NCBI RefSeq assembly: GCF_000008645.1
Contig: NC_000916.1
Location: forward strand, 870,001-902,000
Length of the DNA: 32,000 bases
From: Methanothermobacter thermautotrophicus str. Delta H
GTDB lineage: Archaea > Methanobacteriota > Methanobacteria > Methanobacteriales > Methanothermobacteraceae
Direction: 5' to 3'
Positions 18,393 to 26,765 of the stretch are shown piece after piece; positions within the stretch are counted from its first letter, which is position 1; every line of letters starts with the position of its first letter. The notes under the pieces are model-generated. The model did no database searches. It was not told where the DNA came from and was given only the letters and a program-made list of their open reading frames with translations. The position numbers and the translations under genes are program-made.

Positions 18393-18722
18393 TCAGGATT
18401 CAACAGGGCTCACTTTCTTCTCCACCGAGACATCGGGTGATATTATCAGTATATCCCCAACTGCCTGTACCCTGTCATAGTTTATGTCTATTATGCCCTC
18501 CTCCTGTATGGGCCTTATCTCATCGGATTCAGGCACTATCCTTATGCTTGTCTTGAGGACGTCCTTTATACCCACGTTCTTCTTGTCATGCCGCATTGGC
18601 CTCACCTTGAGGGTTGAGACACGTCCCTTCTTGATGTTGAGGACAACATCCTGGACCCTTCCAACGTATTTACCCCTTGATGTGTATATTTCAAGTCCAT
18701 ATAGACTGGATAATTCAACCAT
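18393..18722 (-). CDS. PRC-barrel domain protein
   Basis: MVELSSLYGLEIYTSRGKYVGRVQDVVLNIKKGRVSTLKV is a typical archaeal PRC-barrel N-terminus. The ATG at 18722 is preceded by GGTGGTGG. The track's GTG at 18758 is less likely. Confidence 0.7.
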   Translation of the reverse strand: MVELSSLYGLEIYTSRGKYVGRVQDVVLNIKKGRVSTLKVRPMRHDKKNVGIKDVLKTSIRIVPESDEIRPIQEEGIIDINYDRVQAVGDILIISPDVSVEKKVSPVES

Positions 18723-18878
18723 TTTTCCACCACCAGACAGTTTAACAGGGAGCTCCACTGCATAAACCTGCTATTGGTTAATATTATTGTTTATAGCTTA
18801 AATACTTATAGGGAAATAATAGATCAGTGCGGCGGCAGAAAAGAGGCCGTTTCTTCATGATTGTGGATGGTGATTGGA

Positions 18879-19601
18879 ATGTGGGATACCAGTAAGGATT
18901 ACAGACTCATGGTTGCAGTTAAGGCAGTTGACCTCTTCAGGAGGACCCTTGAATCAGGGGGCTTCAGGGGGCAGTGGAAGAAGAAGCCCGCCCTTCAGGC
19001 TGCCGGTGAAATTGAGAGGATACTTCAGGGCCTCACATACTGTTACATGGAACCAGAAGATCTTGCCTCAAGCCCCGAGGTCATGGAGATCAAGGGAAAG
19101 GTTGAGGAGATAGTTGAGGCCCTTGGTGGTGAGGACTGGAGCCGGAGGTTCCTTGAGGAGGCCCCGCGTGAGGAGAGGGAGAAGGTTGAGGAGAACATTG
19201 CAAGGGTGCGGTTCTTCCTGAACACCCTTGGAAACCTTGACAGGAGGCTCATGCTCGGAAAGATATCTGACCCTGTGATCGGAGTTGATATAATTACAGG
19301 TGAGGTCATGAGCGTGGGGAACCATCCCGTGGCAGATAAGCTGCATGTGTGCAACGTGAATGCTGGTGGGAGGTCAATAAAGGTCGTCACCAATGACCTC
19401 GATGTCCGTGAGAATGACCATGTGGCTGTGGCACTCCTCCCCCCACAGAATTTCATGGGCGTGACCAGTGAGGGAATGTTCCTTGGTGTTGAAGGTGTCC
19501 TGAGGGATGTGGATGGTGAACCCGGTGAAATGCCCAGGGGGATACCCCTCGAGGCCCTCAACGAAACCCGGAACCTTGTTGAGGAGTTCCTGAAGAGTTA
19601 A
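18879..19601 (+). CDS. tRNA-binding domain protein (Trbp111/CsaA/EMAP-like OB fold at C-terminus)
   Basis: C-terminal ...IITGEVMSVGNHPVADKLHVCNVNAGGRSIKVVTNDLDVRENDHVAVALLPPQNFMGVTSEGMFLG matches the tRNA-binding OB domain found appended to MetRS/PheRS beta. GGTGAT lies 4 nt upstream of the ATG at 18879. The track ORF begins at TTG 18861. Confidence 0.72.
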   Translation: MWDTSKDYRLMVAVKAVDLFRRTLESGGFRGQWKKKPALQAAGEIERILQGLTYCYMEPEDLASSPEVMEIKGKVEEIVEALGGEDWSRRFLEEAPREEREKVEENIARVRFFLNTLGNLDRRLMLGKISDPVIGVDIITGEVMSVGNHPVADKLHVCNVNAGGRSIKVVTNDLDVRENDHVAVALLPPQNFMGVTSEGMFLGVEGVLRDVDGEPGEMPRGIPLEALNETRNLVEEFLKS

Positions 19602-20512
19602 CCCCTCCATGGCTCCCTTATGATCGCCCTGCAGACCCTGCTGCAGCTACCACAGTCACGTGGAATACTGCAACCCGCTGCCTTCAATCTGTCCTCAAGT
19701 CTCAGCTCAGAGGCCGGGTAGTAGCCAGAATAGTCAACCCTCTCAAGACCCTCTGCCCTGCATTCCTCAACGAGTCTCTCCATCAGCTCTCTGCCGGGCC
19801 CCCTGTGGTAGTAGAGCATGAAGTTTGGTCTGAAGCCTATGAGGCGGTAGGGTATCTCCGGGTCGATGGAGGCTATGAAGGCGGCTATTTCACGGATCTC
19901 ATGGTCATTGATCCCGGGGATCACCACTGTCCTGAAAACCCTTATCTTATCAGGGAACCTACCTGCAAGGTGGGCTGCGTTTCTGAGTACAGGTTCTGCA
20001 GGTGCACCTGTGAGGTTCCTGTGAAGCTCATCTGAAAGGGCCTTTATCTCAAAGCTGAAGAGTGATGTTAACCCTATGAGCCTCCTTAGGGTTCCAGGGG
20101 TTGAGAACCCGTTTGTTGCGAGGATAACACTGACATCGATTTCTTCCCTTACTCGCCTTACCAGCTCCTCAATGTAGGGTGTGTGTATGGATGGTTCTCC
20201 CCCTGTGAAGCTGATATTTGAGATTCGCTCATGTGATTTAATTGCAGTGATGGCCTCATCTGCAAGTTCCTCTGCTTCAACGTGTCCCCTGTAGATCCAG
20301 CCAGAGTGGGGGTACTGGGATATGCGGTAGGCGTTACAGTAGGCGCACCGGAATGGGCAGCACAGGAATGTGACGGAATAACTTCTCAGGGTTTCTGAGA
20401 TGGATGTGTATGCTATTTCTGTTTCTGATGCACCGCACACGCCCCTTTCCCCATCACTCCGATTTGCACCGCACCTCCACTCACAGAGCATGCATCTCCC
20501 TGATTCATCCAT
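19598..20512 (-). CDS. Radical SAM protein, pyruvate formate-lyase activase-like
   Basis: CPFRCAYCN (CxxxCxxC radical SAM cluster motif), an N-terminal CMLCEWRCGANRSDGERGVCG motif, GGEPS glycine-rich SAM motif, and C-terminal extra Cys residues (GCSIPRDCGSCSRVC). Confidence 0.85.
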   Translation of the reverse strand: MDESGRCMLCEWRCGANRSDGERGVCGASETEIAYTSISETLRSYSVTFLCCPFRCAYCNAYRISQYPHSGWIYRGHVEAEELADEAITAIKSHERISNISFTGGEPSIHTPYIEELVRRVREEIDVSVILATNGFSTPGTLRRLIGLTSLFSFEIKALSDELHRNLTGAPAEPVLRNAAHLAGRFPDKIRVFRTVVIPGINDHEIREIAAFIASIDPEIPYRLIGFRPNFMLYYHRGPGRELMERLVEECRAEGLERVDYSGYYPASELRLEDRLKAAGCSIPRDCGSCSRVCRAIIREPWRG

Positions 20513-20671
20513 GGTAACAGTTTATGGGATGTGATTAATACATTTTTCTGAAAAGTAGGGGAGTTTTTATGCAGGTGATGAAAAGGTGAAGGTACTGTGA
20601 TATTGACGAATATCTCCAGAGAATAAAGATATGATGATGGCATTCCAAAAAAAATTAAAATTGGAATGGAT

Positions 20672-21856
20672 TTATGCTATCTGCCAGTAGGTGGATGTCT
20701 TCTTAACGTACCTGTAGGTCCAGTAGTATCTCCACTTGTATCTCCATTTACCGTAGTACCTGTACCATTTCTTGTACCATTTCTTCACCTTCACCTTAAC
20801 GTAGTAGGTGAGGGTCACTGGCTTCATGATTGTGTAACTTGCTGATGATACCGCTGATGATGCGCCGTTAACAACTGCAATGAATTTCAGTGCTGTTGAT
20901 TTGCTCAGAACCAGTGGCGCTGTGTATTTTGTGCTGTTGACTGTTGGTGTGGAGCCATTGGTTGTGTAGTATATTGTTGAGTTTGCAGGGCCTGTGAGTG
21001 TCACGGTAACATTTTTGAGGTATATTCCTGATGCCGGGCTTGCAGATGGTGCTGCTGGAGTTGATGTGACCGCTGCTGGTGTGAGGTCGCCCACGGTAAC
21101 ACTGTGGAGTCCTGCTGGCAGTTCGTATGTGAATGTGACTTCCCTGGTTTCTCCTGTGGCGAGGGTCACTGTCTTGGTGTCCTTCACCTCACCGTTGACC
21201 TTAAGCTCAGCTGTGTAGTCCCCTGCAACACCTGTGTTTGTGACATTGACTGTCACGTTCACGGTGAGGGGTGCGCTGCCGCTCAGGGGGTTAACTGTGA
21301 GGTTTGCCAGTGAGAAGTGTGGCTGCAGGTCCACTGTGAGGTTGGTGGAGTTCAGTACTGTTTCATTTTCAATTCCGCCGGTTGAATTCAGCTGGAATGC
21401 CACTGAACTTGCCCTTACCCTGAAGACCTTACCATTTGCATTTTCAACGACGAAGAGCCACCTGTAACTATTTCCATCTTCCATGAAGAGCTTTGCTGCT
21501 CCCTGGGGTACCGGTGCCCCTGTGAAGGAGCTGAGCCAGACCTCCTGGACACCTTCAGGTACCGTGTAATCTGCTGAGGGTCCGCTGAGGTCACCGGTGT
21601 AGTACCACTTTATGGTTGCATCTGTGATGTTACCCTCAAGGAGTTCAAGCTTTGCATCGACCGCAACTGTGGGATCAACGTCCTGGAGGTCATCACTGTA
21701 GTTAACATCGACAATTATCTGTGCGGGGTCCGAGGCGTTCTGCTGCATTGTCAGGTTAACAGCATTGGATGGTATATCTGCTGCTGATGCACCTGAGATA
21801 CCTGCAGCGAATGCAAGCAGGACCAGTAATGGTAGCACAATATGTTTGTCTTTCAA
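20672..21856 (-). CDS. Secreted/cell-surface protein with signal peptide, CARDB-like and Fn3-associated-like beta domains and a W/Y/K/R-rich C-terminal tail
   Basis: TTG start is preceded by GGAGGTGA 4 nt upstream. Signal peptide is MKDKHIVLPLLVLLAFAAGISGASA. I count about 15 N-x-S/T sequons. The segment LTVNPLSGSAPLTVNVTVNVTNTGVAGDYTAELKVNGE...TREVTFTY resembles CARDB adhesion domains. The tail is VKVKVKKWYKKWYRYYGKWRYKWRYYWTYRYVKK. Confidence 0.75.
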   Translation of the reverse strand: MKDKHIVLPLLVLLAFAAGISGASAADIPSNAVNLTMQQNASDPAQIIVDVNYSDDLQDVDPTVAVDAKLELLEGNITDATIKWYYTGDLSGPSADYTVPEGVQEVWLSSFTGAPVPQGAAKLFMEDGNSYRWLFVVENANGKVFRVRASSVAFQLNSTGGIENETVLNSTNLTVDLQPHFSLANLTVNPLSGSAPLTVNVTVNVTNTGVAGDYTAELKVNGEVKDTKTVTLATGETREVTFTYELPAGLHSVTVGDLTPAAVTSTPAAPSASPASGIYLKNVTVTLTGPANSTIYYTTNGSTPTVNSTKYTAPLVLSKSTALKFIAVVNGASSAVSSASYTIMKPVTLTYYVKVKVKKWYKKWYRYYGKWRYKWRYYWTYRYVKKTSTYWQIA

Positions 21857-22350
21857 GTTTTCACCTCCACATTATCATCAGATATTAGATAGATATATTT
21901 AATATAAAAATTTTTTTGTTTAACTGGAATCATAAGACTTAAGTTCTGTTATTAATTTAAATCTTGAGAATTTACATATAATTCAAGTCAAGTACATTAA
22001 AAATTGGTATGAACCATATTTACCTAGAAATAGCAGATTATGGCCCCCCCCAGATCCAGTCTCAGGTATTGTCATGAATCAGATCACTTCAAACATGACT
22101 GACAATTTTTTATTAAAAAAATAATTACATATACTTTTTTATTAAAAATTGTAGCTGCCTGAGAACCCTTTATAAAAATTTTGAACCCCCATTATGATCT
22201 GAATCACTCATATAGATCATATTAATCCAGAAAAACGCCAAAATATCCATTCAGATTACCCTTATTAAAATAGGGAACAATTCAGGGGATTATTCAGTTC
22301 TCAATCAAAGTTCTGAAAAATTAAGGAGAGGGTGCATTCAGCGGACCGGA
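21857..22350. other. ~0.5 kb AT-rich non-coding region upstream of the surface-protein gene
   Basis: No ORF of 60 aa or more on any frame. It is visibly much more AT-rich than the flanking DNA and has multiple TATA-like strings. It also contains a duplicated ttttttattaaaaa (22105 and 22135) and an isolated C8 run at 22044-22051. Confidence 0.7.
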
Positions 22351-23762
22351 TCAGTTTTCATTTAGGACTATCAGCTTTGTGCGTGTCATGTCCCTTATGG
22401 CGTACTTGACACCCTCCTTACCCATTCCACTGCACCTGAATCCCCGAAGGGCATGTGGTCCACCCTGAATGTGGACTGCTTGTTTACAAGCACTGTGCCT
22501 GCCTCAATTTCCCTGGCCATCCTGAGGGCCGTCCTTATGTTCTCTGTGAAGACCCCTGCCTGAAGTGCATAGCAGGTCCCGTTGGCAATTCTTATGGCCT
22601 CATCAGCACCATTAAACCTTATTATTGGGGAGACCGGGCCAAAGGTTTCCCTTTCAATAACCTCCATGCCGGGCACCACATGGTCAAGCACCGTGGGTTC
22701 AACAAAGTTACCCCTCCTTGAACCGCCACAGAGGAGTTCAGCACCATCCTCAACCGCCGCCCCGATTACCCTCTCAACCTCAATGGCGGCATCCTCATTT
22801 ATCAAGGGCCCAACATCTGTTCTTACATCCATTGGGTCCCCGGCCCTTAAACTCCCTGTTATGTTCACGAGTTTATCTGCGAATTCATCGGCCACGTCCT
22901 CATGGACTATCATCCTCTTAACGGCTATGCAGACCTGTCCAGAGTAGAGGTAGGATCCCCTCACAGCAGCCTCCACTGCAGAGTCGATGTCCGCGTCATC
23001 CATGACAATGAGGGGGTCGTTGCCTCCCAGTTCAAGGGTGATCTTCTTCATGGAGGCCCTGGCAGATATGTACCTCCCGACCTCAACACTTCCAGTGAAG
23101 GTTATCTTATCAACGAGGGGGCTGTCAATGATAACATCCCCCACCTCTGAGCCCCTCCCGGTTACAGCGTTAACAGCGCCGGCCGGGAAGTGCTCACTGA
23201 GGATCCATGCCAGCTTCAGTGCAGATAGTGGGGCCTCGAGGGATGGCTTAAGGATCGTGGTGTTACCGGCTGCAAGGGCCGGGCCAACCTTGTGTATTGC
23301 AAGGTTGAGGGGATAGTTGAAGGGGGTTATTGCCGCAACAACCCCGAGGGGGATTCTGACTGTGAAGCCAGTGAGACCCTTCCCGCCTATACCCGCGTCC
23401 ATGGGGATTGATTCACCGTAGAGCCTTCCTGCCTCCTCTGCAGAAAGCCTTGCAGTTTCAACTGACCTCTTCACCTCGTCACGTGAGAACCTTATTGGTT
23501 TTCCTGACTCAAGGGTTATCAGCCTTGCAAATTCATCCAGTTCTGTCTTCAGTTCGTCTGCAACGTCATAGAGTTTCTCAGATATCTTCCTGGCTGATAG
23601 GTCCGCCATTGCATCCCTGGCCCGGTGGGCCGCCCTTATGGCCCTCTCAACATCACTTCGACCTGCAAGTGGGACCCTATCCACCTCATCCCCGTTGAAG
23701 GGGTTCCTGACGGTGAAGATTTTCTCTCCACTCACCCCCTCGCCATCAATAATCATCTCCAT
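22351..23762 (-). CDS. NAD(P)+ aldehyde dehydrogenase (lactaldehyde dehydrogenase/GapN-like); frame-interrupted near the 3' end in this sequence
   Basis: ALDH signatures are ...LELGGNDP... (catalytic Glu) and ...[11 protein letters not shown]... (catalytic Cys). The continuous ORF is 22395..23762. The canonical C-terminus [33 protein letters not shown] is read in the adjacent frame and ends at 22351 (see findings). Confidence 0.88.
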
Positions 23763-23857
23763 CTGGAAACACCCCGTAAAGGATCAGCCCACAGAGACGT
23801 AGCCCTGCTCTGGATTATAGATTCAAAATTATAAATCAATCAAAGCCGGTATGTGCC

Positions 23858-24049
23858 CTAGAACTTGTTCTTAAGGCCCTTTATCGAGTTTGTAACATTC
23901 TGAACATCTGAGTTCATGGCTGTTTGAGATCCCCTGACATAGTTGCGGTACCATACAACCGCCACCGTTACGATGACTATTATACCCCCGAATACAAGTA
24001 TGAGTTCAGCGGATCCCTGACCTGATTCATCGGCAATTAAACCATGCAA
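23858..24049 (-). CDS. Class III signal peptide protein (archaeal type IV pilin-like)
   Basis: 63 aa. ...SGQGSAELILVFGGIIVIVTVAVVWY matches the G-Q-x-S/A-x-E + hydrophobic helix pattern of archaeal prepilin-type (class III) signal peptides. It lies 13 nt downstream of the TadC-like gene. Confidence 0.7.
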   Translation of the reverse strand: MHGLIADESGQGSAELILVFGGIIVIVTVAVVWYRNYVRGSQTAMNSDVQNVTNSIKGLKNKF

Positions 24050-24062
24050 AGCCTTAACCTCC

Positions 24063-25004
24063 CTATGGTGCCATGCTACTTACAAGTGTCATTCCGAAAC
24101 TTCCTATCACATAGAATATTGCATATGCCATTATGGAGAGCGGAACAGCGAATTTAACACCCTTCCTTGCACTCCCGTACATTATGATGCCTATCAGGAG
24201 CCCTGCTATTATGGAGTGAATTATTATGTAGCCTGAAGCAGCGATCTTTGCAGCCCCAAGGATGGGGTTTGGTTTTCCCACTGACTCCATGAAACCTGAG
24301 TAGACCATTATCATCCCCAGGGCGAAGGGTGCTGCGATTATGGCCGCGACAACAAGGAACATGACTGACATCATGACGTTGGCCTTCCTCTCCCTCTTAA
24401 GTGCAAGTACCGCCCTCAGGTCCTCTGCAACGGTTTCAATGACATCTGAAAGGCTTCCACCGGCTCTTCTACCCTCAAGTATCATCCGGAATGTCCTGTC
24501 AAGGTTTTTTGACTTCAGGCGCTCGCTCATTGATAGTATGGCTTCATCGAATGTTCTGCCGATCTTTATCTCAATAACAGCCCTCTTCAGTTCATCATAG
24601 AGGGGTCCCTCCCCCTGTCGGGATACATCCTCAAGGGCTGATTCAAGGCCCACACCCGCCCTCAGGAGAGAGGCTATCTGCCTCAGGAAGTCGGGTGTTG
24701 ACTGTTCAATGGCATCAACGCGCCTCTCCATCATTATGAAGATGTACGCCCCCAGCATGATTGATGGCAGGGAGAATCCTACCAGTACTGCGAGGATAAC
24801 ACTTAAACCAAGAAGGGCTGCAACAACGGATGCGAGAACTGCAAATATGGCCCCTCCAAGGAATGCAAGGGTTACTATCTCTGATGCCTTTACATACAGC
24901 CCGGTCCTTATGAGGGTCTCCTGCAGCCTGAGGAGCAGCCTATCAGGTATTATGTTCTCAAGGGCATCGCTCATTGGTTTCAGTGCGCTTGGTACTACGG
25001 CCAT
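24063..25004 (-). CDS. Type II secretion system F-domain membrane protein (TadC/FlaJ-like pilus assembly platform)
   Basis: 313 aa, polytopic. The cytoplasmic segment [23 protein letters not shown]...[31 protein letters not shown]...[26 protein letters not shown] is the typical T2SS-F/TadC domain. Confidence 0.8.
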   Translation of the reverse strand: MAVVPSALKPMSDALENIIPDRLLLRLQETLIRTGLYVKASEIVTLAFLGGAIFAVLASVVAALLGLSVILAVLVGFSLPSIMLGAYIFIMMERRVDAIEQSTPDFLRQIASLLRAGVGLESALEDVSRQGEGPLYDELKRAVIEIKIGRTFDEAILSMSERLKSKNLDRTFRMILEGRRAGGSLSDVIETVAEDLRAVLALKRERKANVMMSVMFLVVAAIIAAPFALGMIMVYSGFMESVGKPNPILGAAKIAASGYIIIHSIIAGLLIGIIMYGSARKGVKFAVPLSIMAYAIFYVIGSFGMTLVSSMAP

Positions 25005-25078
25005 CTCAACACCACATTCCAGTGTAACATCATGCTCTGTTACTAACTATCTGGCGCCTATTATTTATAATTACCACA

Positions 25079-26089
25079 TCAACTCAGTGCATCAGGCAGC
25101 CGGTTCATAACACCATCACCCACCACGACCATGTCCTCAACCCGCACACCGAACTCGCCCGGGATGTAGATCCCTGGTTCAACTGTCAGGACCATCCCTT
25201 TCCTCAGGACGGTTTCATCACCTGCTGCCAGGGATGGCTTTTCATGGACATCCAGGCCCACTCCATGACCTGTTGAGTGTATGAAGTTATCAGCATAGCC
25301 ATATTCCCCTATAACTCCTCTGACAGCACTGTCAACATCACATGCCCTTGCACCAGGTTTGAGGGCCTTCACCCCCGCCCTTTTAGCTTCAAGGACAATT
25401 TCAAGTACCTCATGCTCCCCTTCACCCTCAACGATTGTCCTTGTGGTGTCAGAGTGGTAGCCCTCCCTGACAGCCCCCCAGTCAATCAGTACCGGTGACT
25501 CGATGGTGTTTGCTGTTGGCACTGCATGGGGGATGCTTGACCTCTCCGATGATGCCACTATGGTGTCAAAGGAGACCCCCTCAGAACCGGCCAGGCGCAT
25601 GGTGTAGTCAAGTCTGGCGGCTATCTCAATTTCAGTCCCATTAAATTCAAGTTTTTTGAATGAGTTCTCTGCTATCCTCAGGGCCTCCTCCATCCTTTTA
25701 AGTTCCTCCCTGTCCTTGACCATCCTGATATCTGATACAGGATCCATGACCCTGAAGTCCCCACCGATGCCGAGCCTCTCAAGGAGGCCCACGGGGGTGG
25801 CCGGTTCAACAAGCACGCCTGAGAGGTCGAATGATTCCCTCACATCCCTTATTCTCTTGAAGGTCCTCACATCAACCCGGGATTTCGCCATGGCGGATTC
25901 TCTATCCATCTCACTCACAAGGAGTACCGGTTCATCCTCAAGGATCAGGAATGAGGTGGCTGTTGGCATGAAGCCTGAGAGGTAGTATATGTTCTTCCTT
26001 GCAGTTATAAGGGCCCTTTCGCCCTCCTCATGAATATTCTCAAGGGCACATTCGATTCTATTCAACCTATCACCTTTCCATACATCCAT
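25079..26089 (-). CDS. M24 family Xaa-Pro dipeptidase/aminopeptidase
   Basis: 336 aa. Metal-ligand motifs of the pita-bread fold are ...VLIDWGA...YHSDTTRT..., ...HSTGHGVGLDVHE..., ...TVEPGIY..., ...VRVEDMV. Confidence 0.85.
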   Translation of the reverse strand: MDVWKGDRLNRIECALENIHEEGERALITARKNIYYLSGFMPTATSFLILEDEPVLLVSEMDRESAMAKSRVDVRTFKRIRDVRESFDLSGVLVEPATPVGLLERLGIGGDFRVMDPVSDIRMVKDREELKRMEEALRIAENSFKKLEFNGTEIEIAARLDYTMRLAGSEGVSFDTIVASSERSSIPHAVPTANTIESPVLIDWGAVREGYHSDTTRTIVEGEGEHEVLEIVLEAKRAGVKALKPGARACDVDSAVRGVIGEYGYADNFIHSTGHGVGLDVHEKPSLAAGDETVLRKGMVLTVEPGIYIPGEFGVRVEDMVVVGDGVMNRLPDALS

Positions 26090-26110
26090 TCATCACCAGA
26101 GGACAGAGAG

Positions 26111-26602
26111 TTAAATATCCTCTCCCTCATTCAGAAACTTAAGTATCCTCTCCCTCATTATGCCTTCAAGTTCATCCATAACAAGCTCCGGGACCTTACC
26201 TTCAAGTGGGACAGGTATGTGGCCGAACTCTCTGTCCCTGAAGGTTTCGCCTCCGAACCTGACCGGCCTGCTGTACCTTGGATGGAAGTGCCAGTGCACC
26301 TCAGGGTCCGGATCCTCTGATCTGAAGGCCGAGTTCTTGAAGCAGCTCCAGTTGAAGAGGTCCGGGTTGAAAAGTTCCCTCACGGCAGACTCAAGGCACC
26401 TTAGAATCCATGCAAAATCAGCCCACTCCCCATCCATGAGCTCTGAGAGGTCCCTGCACTTCCTTCTGAGGGCCACGACGCATGTCCCGAGGTATCGCTG
26501 GCTCGGTGCAAGGTAGATTATCCAGTGCCGTGTTCTGGCAAGTTCGCGTCCATAGTACCCATCCAGGCCACAGTATTCACAGGAAGCCACAGGAATCACC
26601 AC
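26111..26602 (-). CDS. HIT (histidine triad) family protein
   Basis: 163 aa with the histidine triad ...EVHWHFHPRY (HxHxHxx). GTG start at 26602 as in the track. Confidence 0.72.
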   Translation of the reverse strand: MVIPVASCEYCGLDGYYGRELARTRHWIIYLAPSQRYLGTCVVALRRKCRDLSELMDGEWADFAWILRCLESAVRELFNPDLFNWSCFKNSAFRSEDPDPEVHWHFHPRYSRPVRFGGETFRDREFGHIPVPLEGKVPELVMDELEGIMRERILKFLNEGEDI

Positions 26603-26637
26603 ACCATTTAATAAGGTTTAATTAAGAGTATACCTCC

Positions 26638-26646
26638 TTATATATA
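26638..26646. promoter_or_regulatory. Palindromic TATA element (TTATATATA) between the divergent HIT and Fe-ADH genes
   Basis: This is the best TATA-like string in the 26603-26706 spacer. It lies ~36-40 nt from the HIT GTG start on one side and ~20-25 nt from the first ATG of the 43-bp repeats on the other. Pattern-based only. Confidence 0.4.
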
Positions 26647-26663
26647 GAACATGGGGTGCCATG

Positions 26664-26765
26664 ATGAAATCTGTACTGAACCAGGCACTGAAGAACATAA
26701 CATCCCATGAAATCTGTACTGAACCAGGCACTGAAGAACATAACATCCCATGAAATCTGTACTGA
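26664..26765. repeat. 43-bp perfect tandem repeat, 2 full copies plus a 16-nt third start
   Basis: atgaaatctgtactgaaccaggcactgaagaacataacatccc occurs at 26664-26706 and 26707-26749. A third copy, atgaaatctgtactga, runs from 26750 and then diverges. Confidence 0.95.

Noticed and set aside
19598-19601. Convergent tRNA-binding and radical SAM genes overlap by 4 nt, with both stop codons inside one GTTAAC palindrome.
   Set aside because: The observation is real but trivial. It is a consequence of TAA stops on both strands in a compact genome, and I can see no functional implication from sequence alone.
22442-22445. Programmed ribosomal frameshifting or transcriptional slippage as the explanation for the four frame breaks.
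   Set aside because: No slippery heptamer or downstream structure is evident. The sites are short G-runs of different length, and all require the same +1 base. Sequencing or assembly error is the more economical explanation. I kept the idea only as a fallback inside the pattern finding.
26664-26765. Whether the tandem repeats at 26664-26765 and 16151-16388 could be CRISPR arrays.
   Set aside because: The copies are directly adjacent with no unique spacers. There are only 2-3 copies, no cas genes are in the window, and the repeats lack the usual palindromic core.
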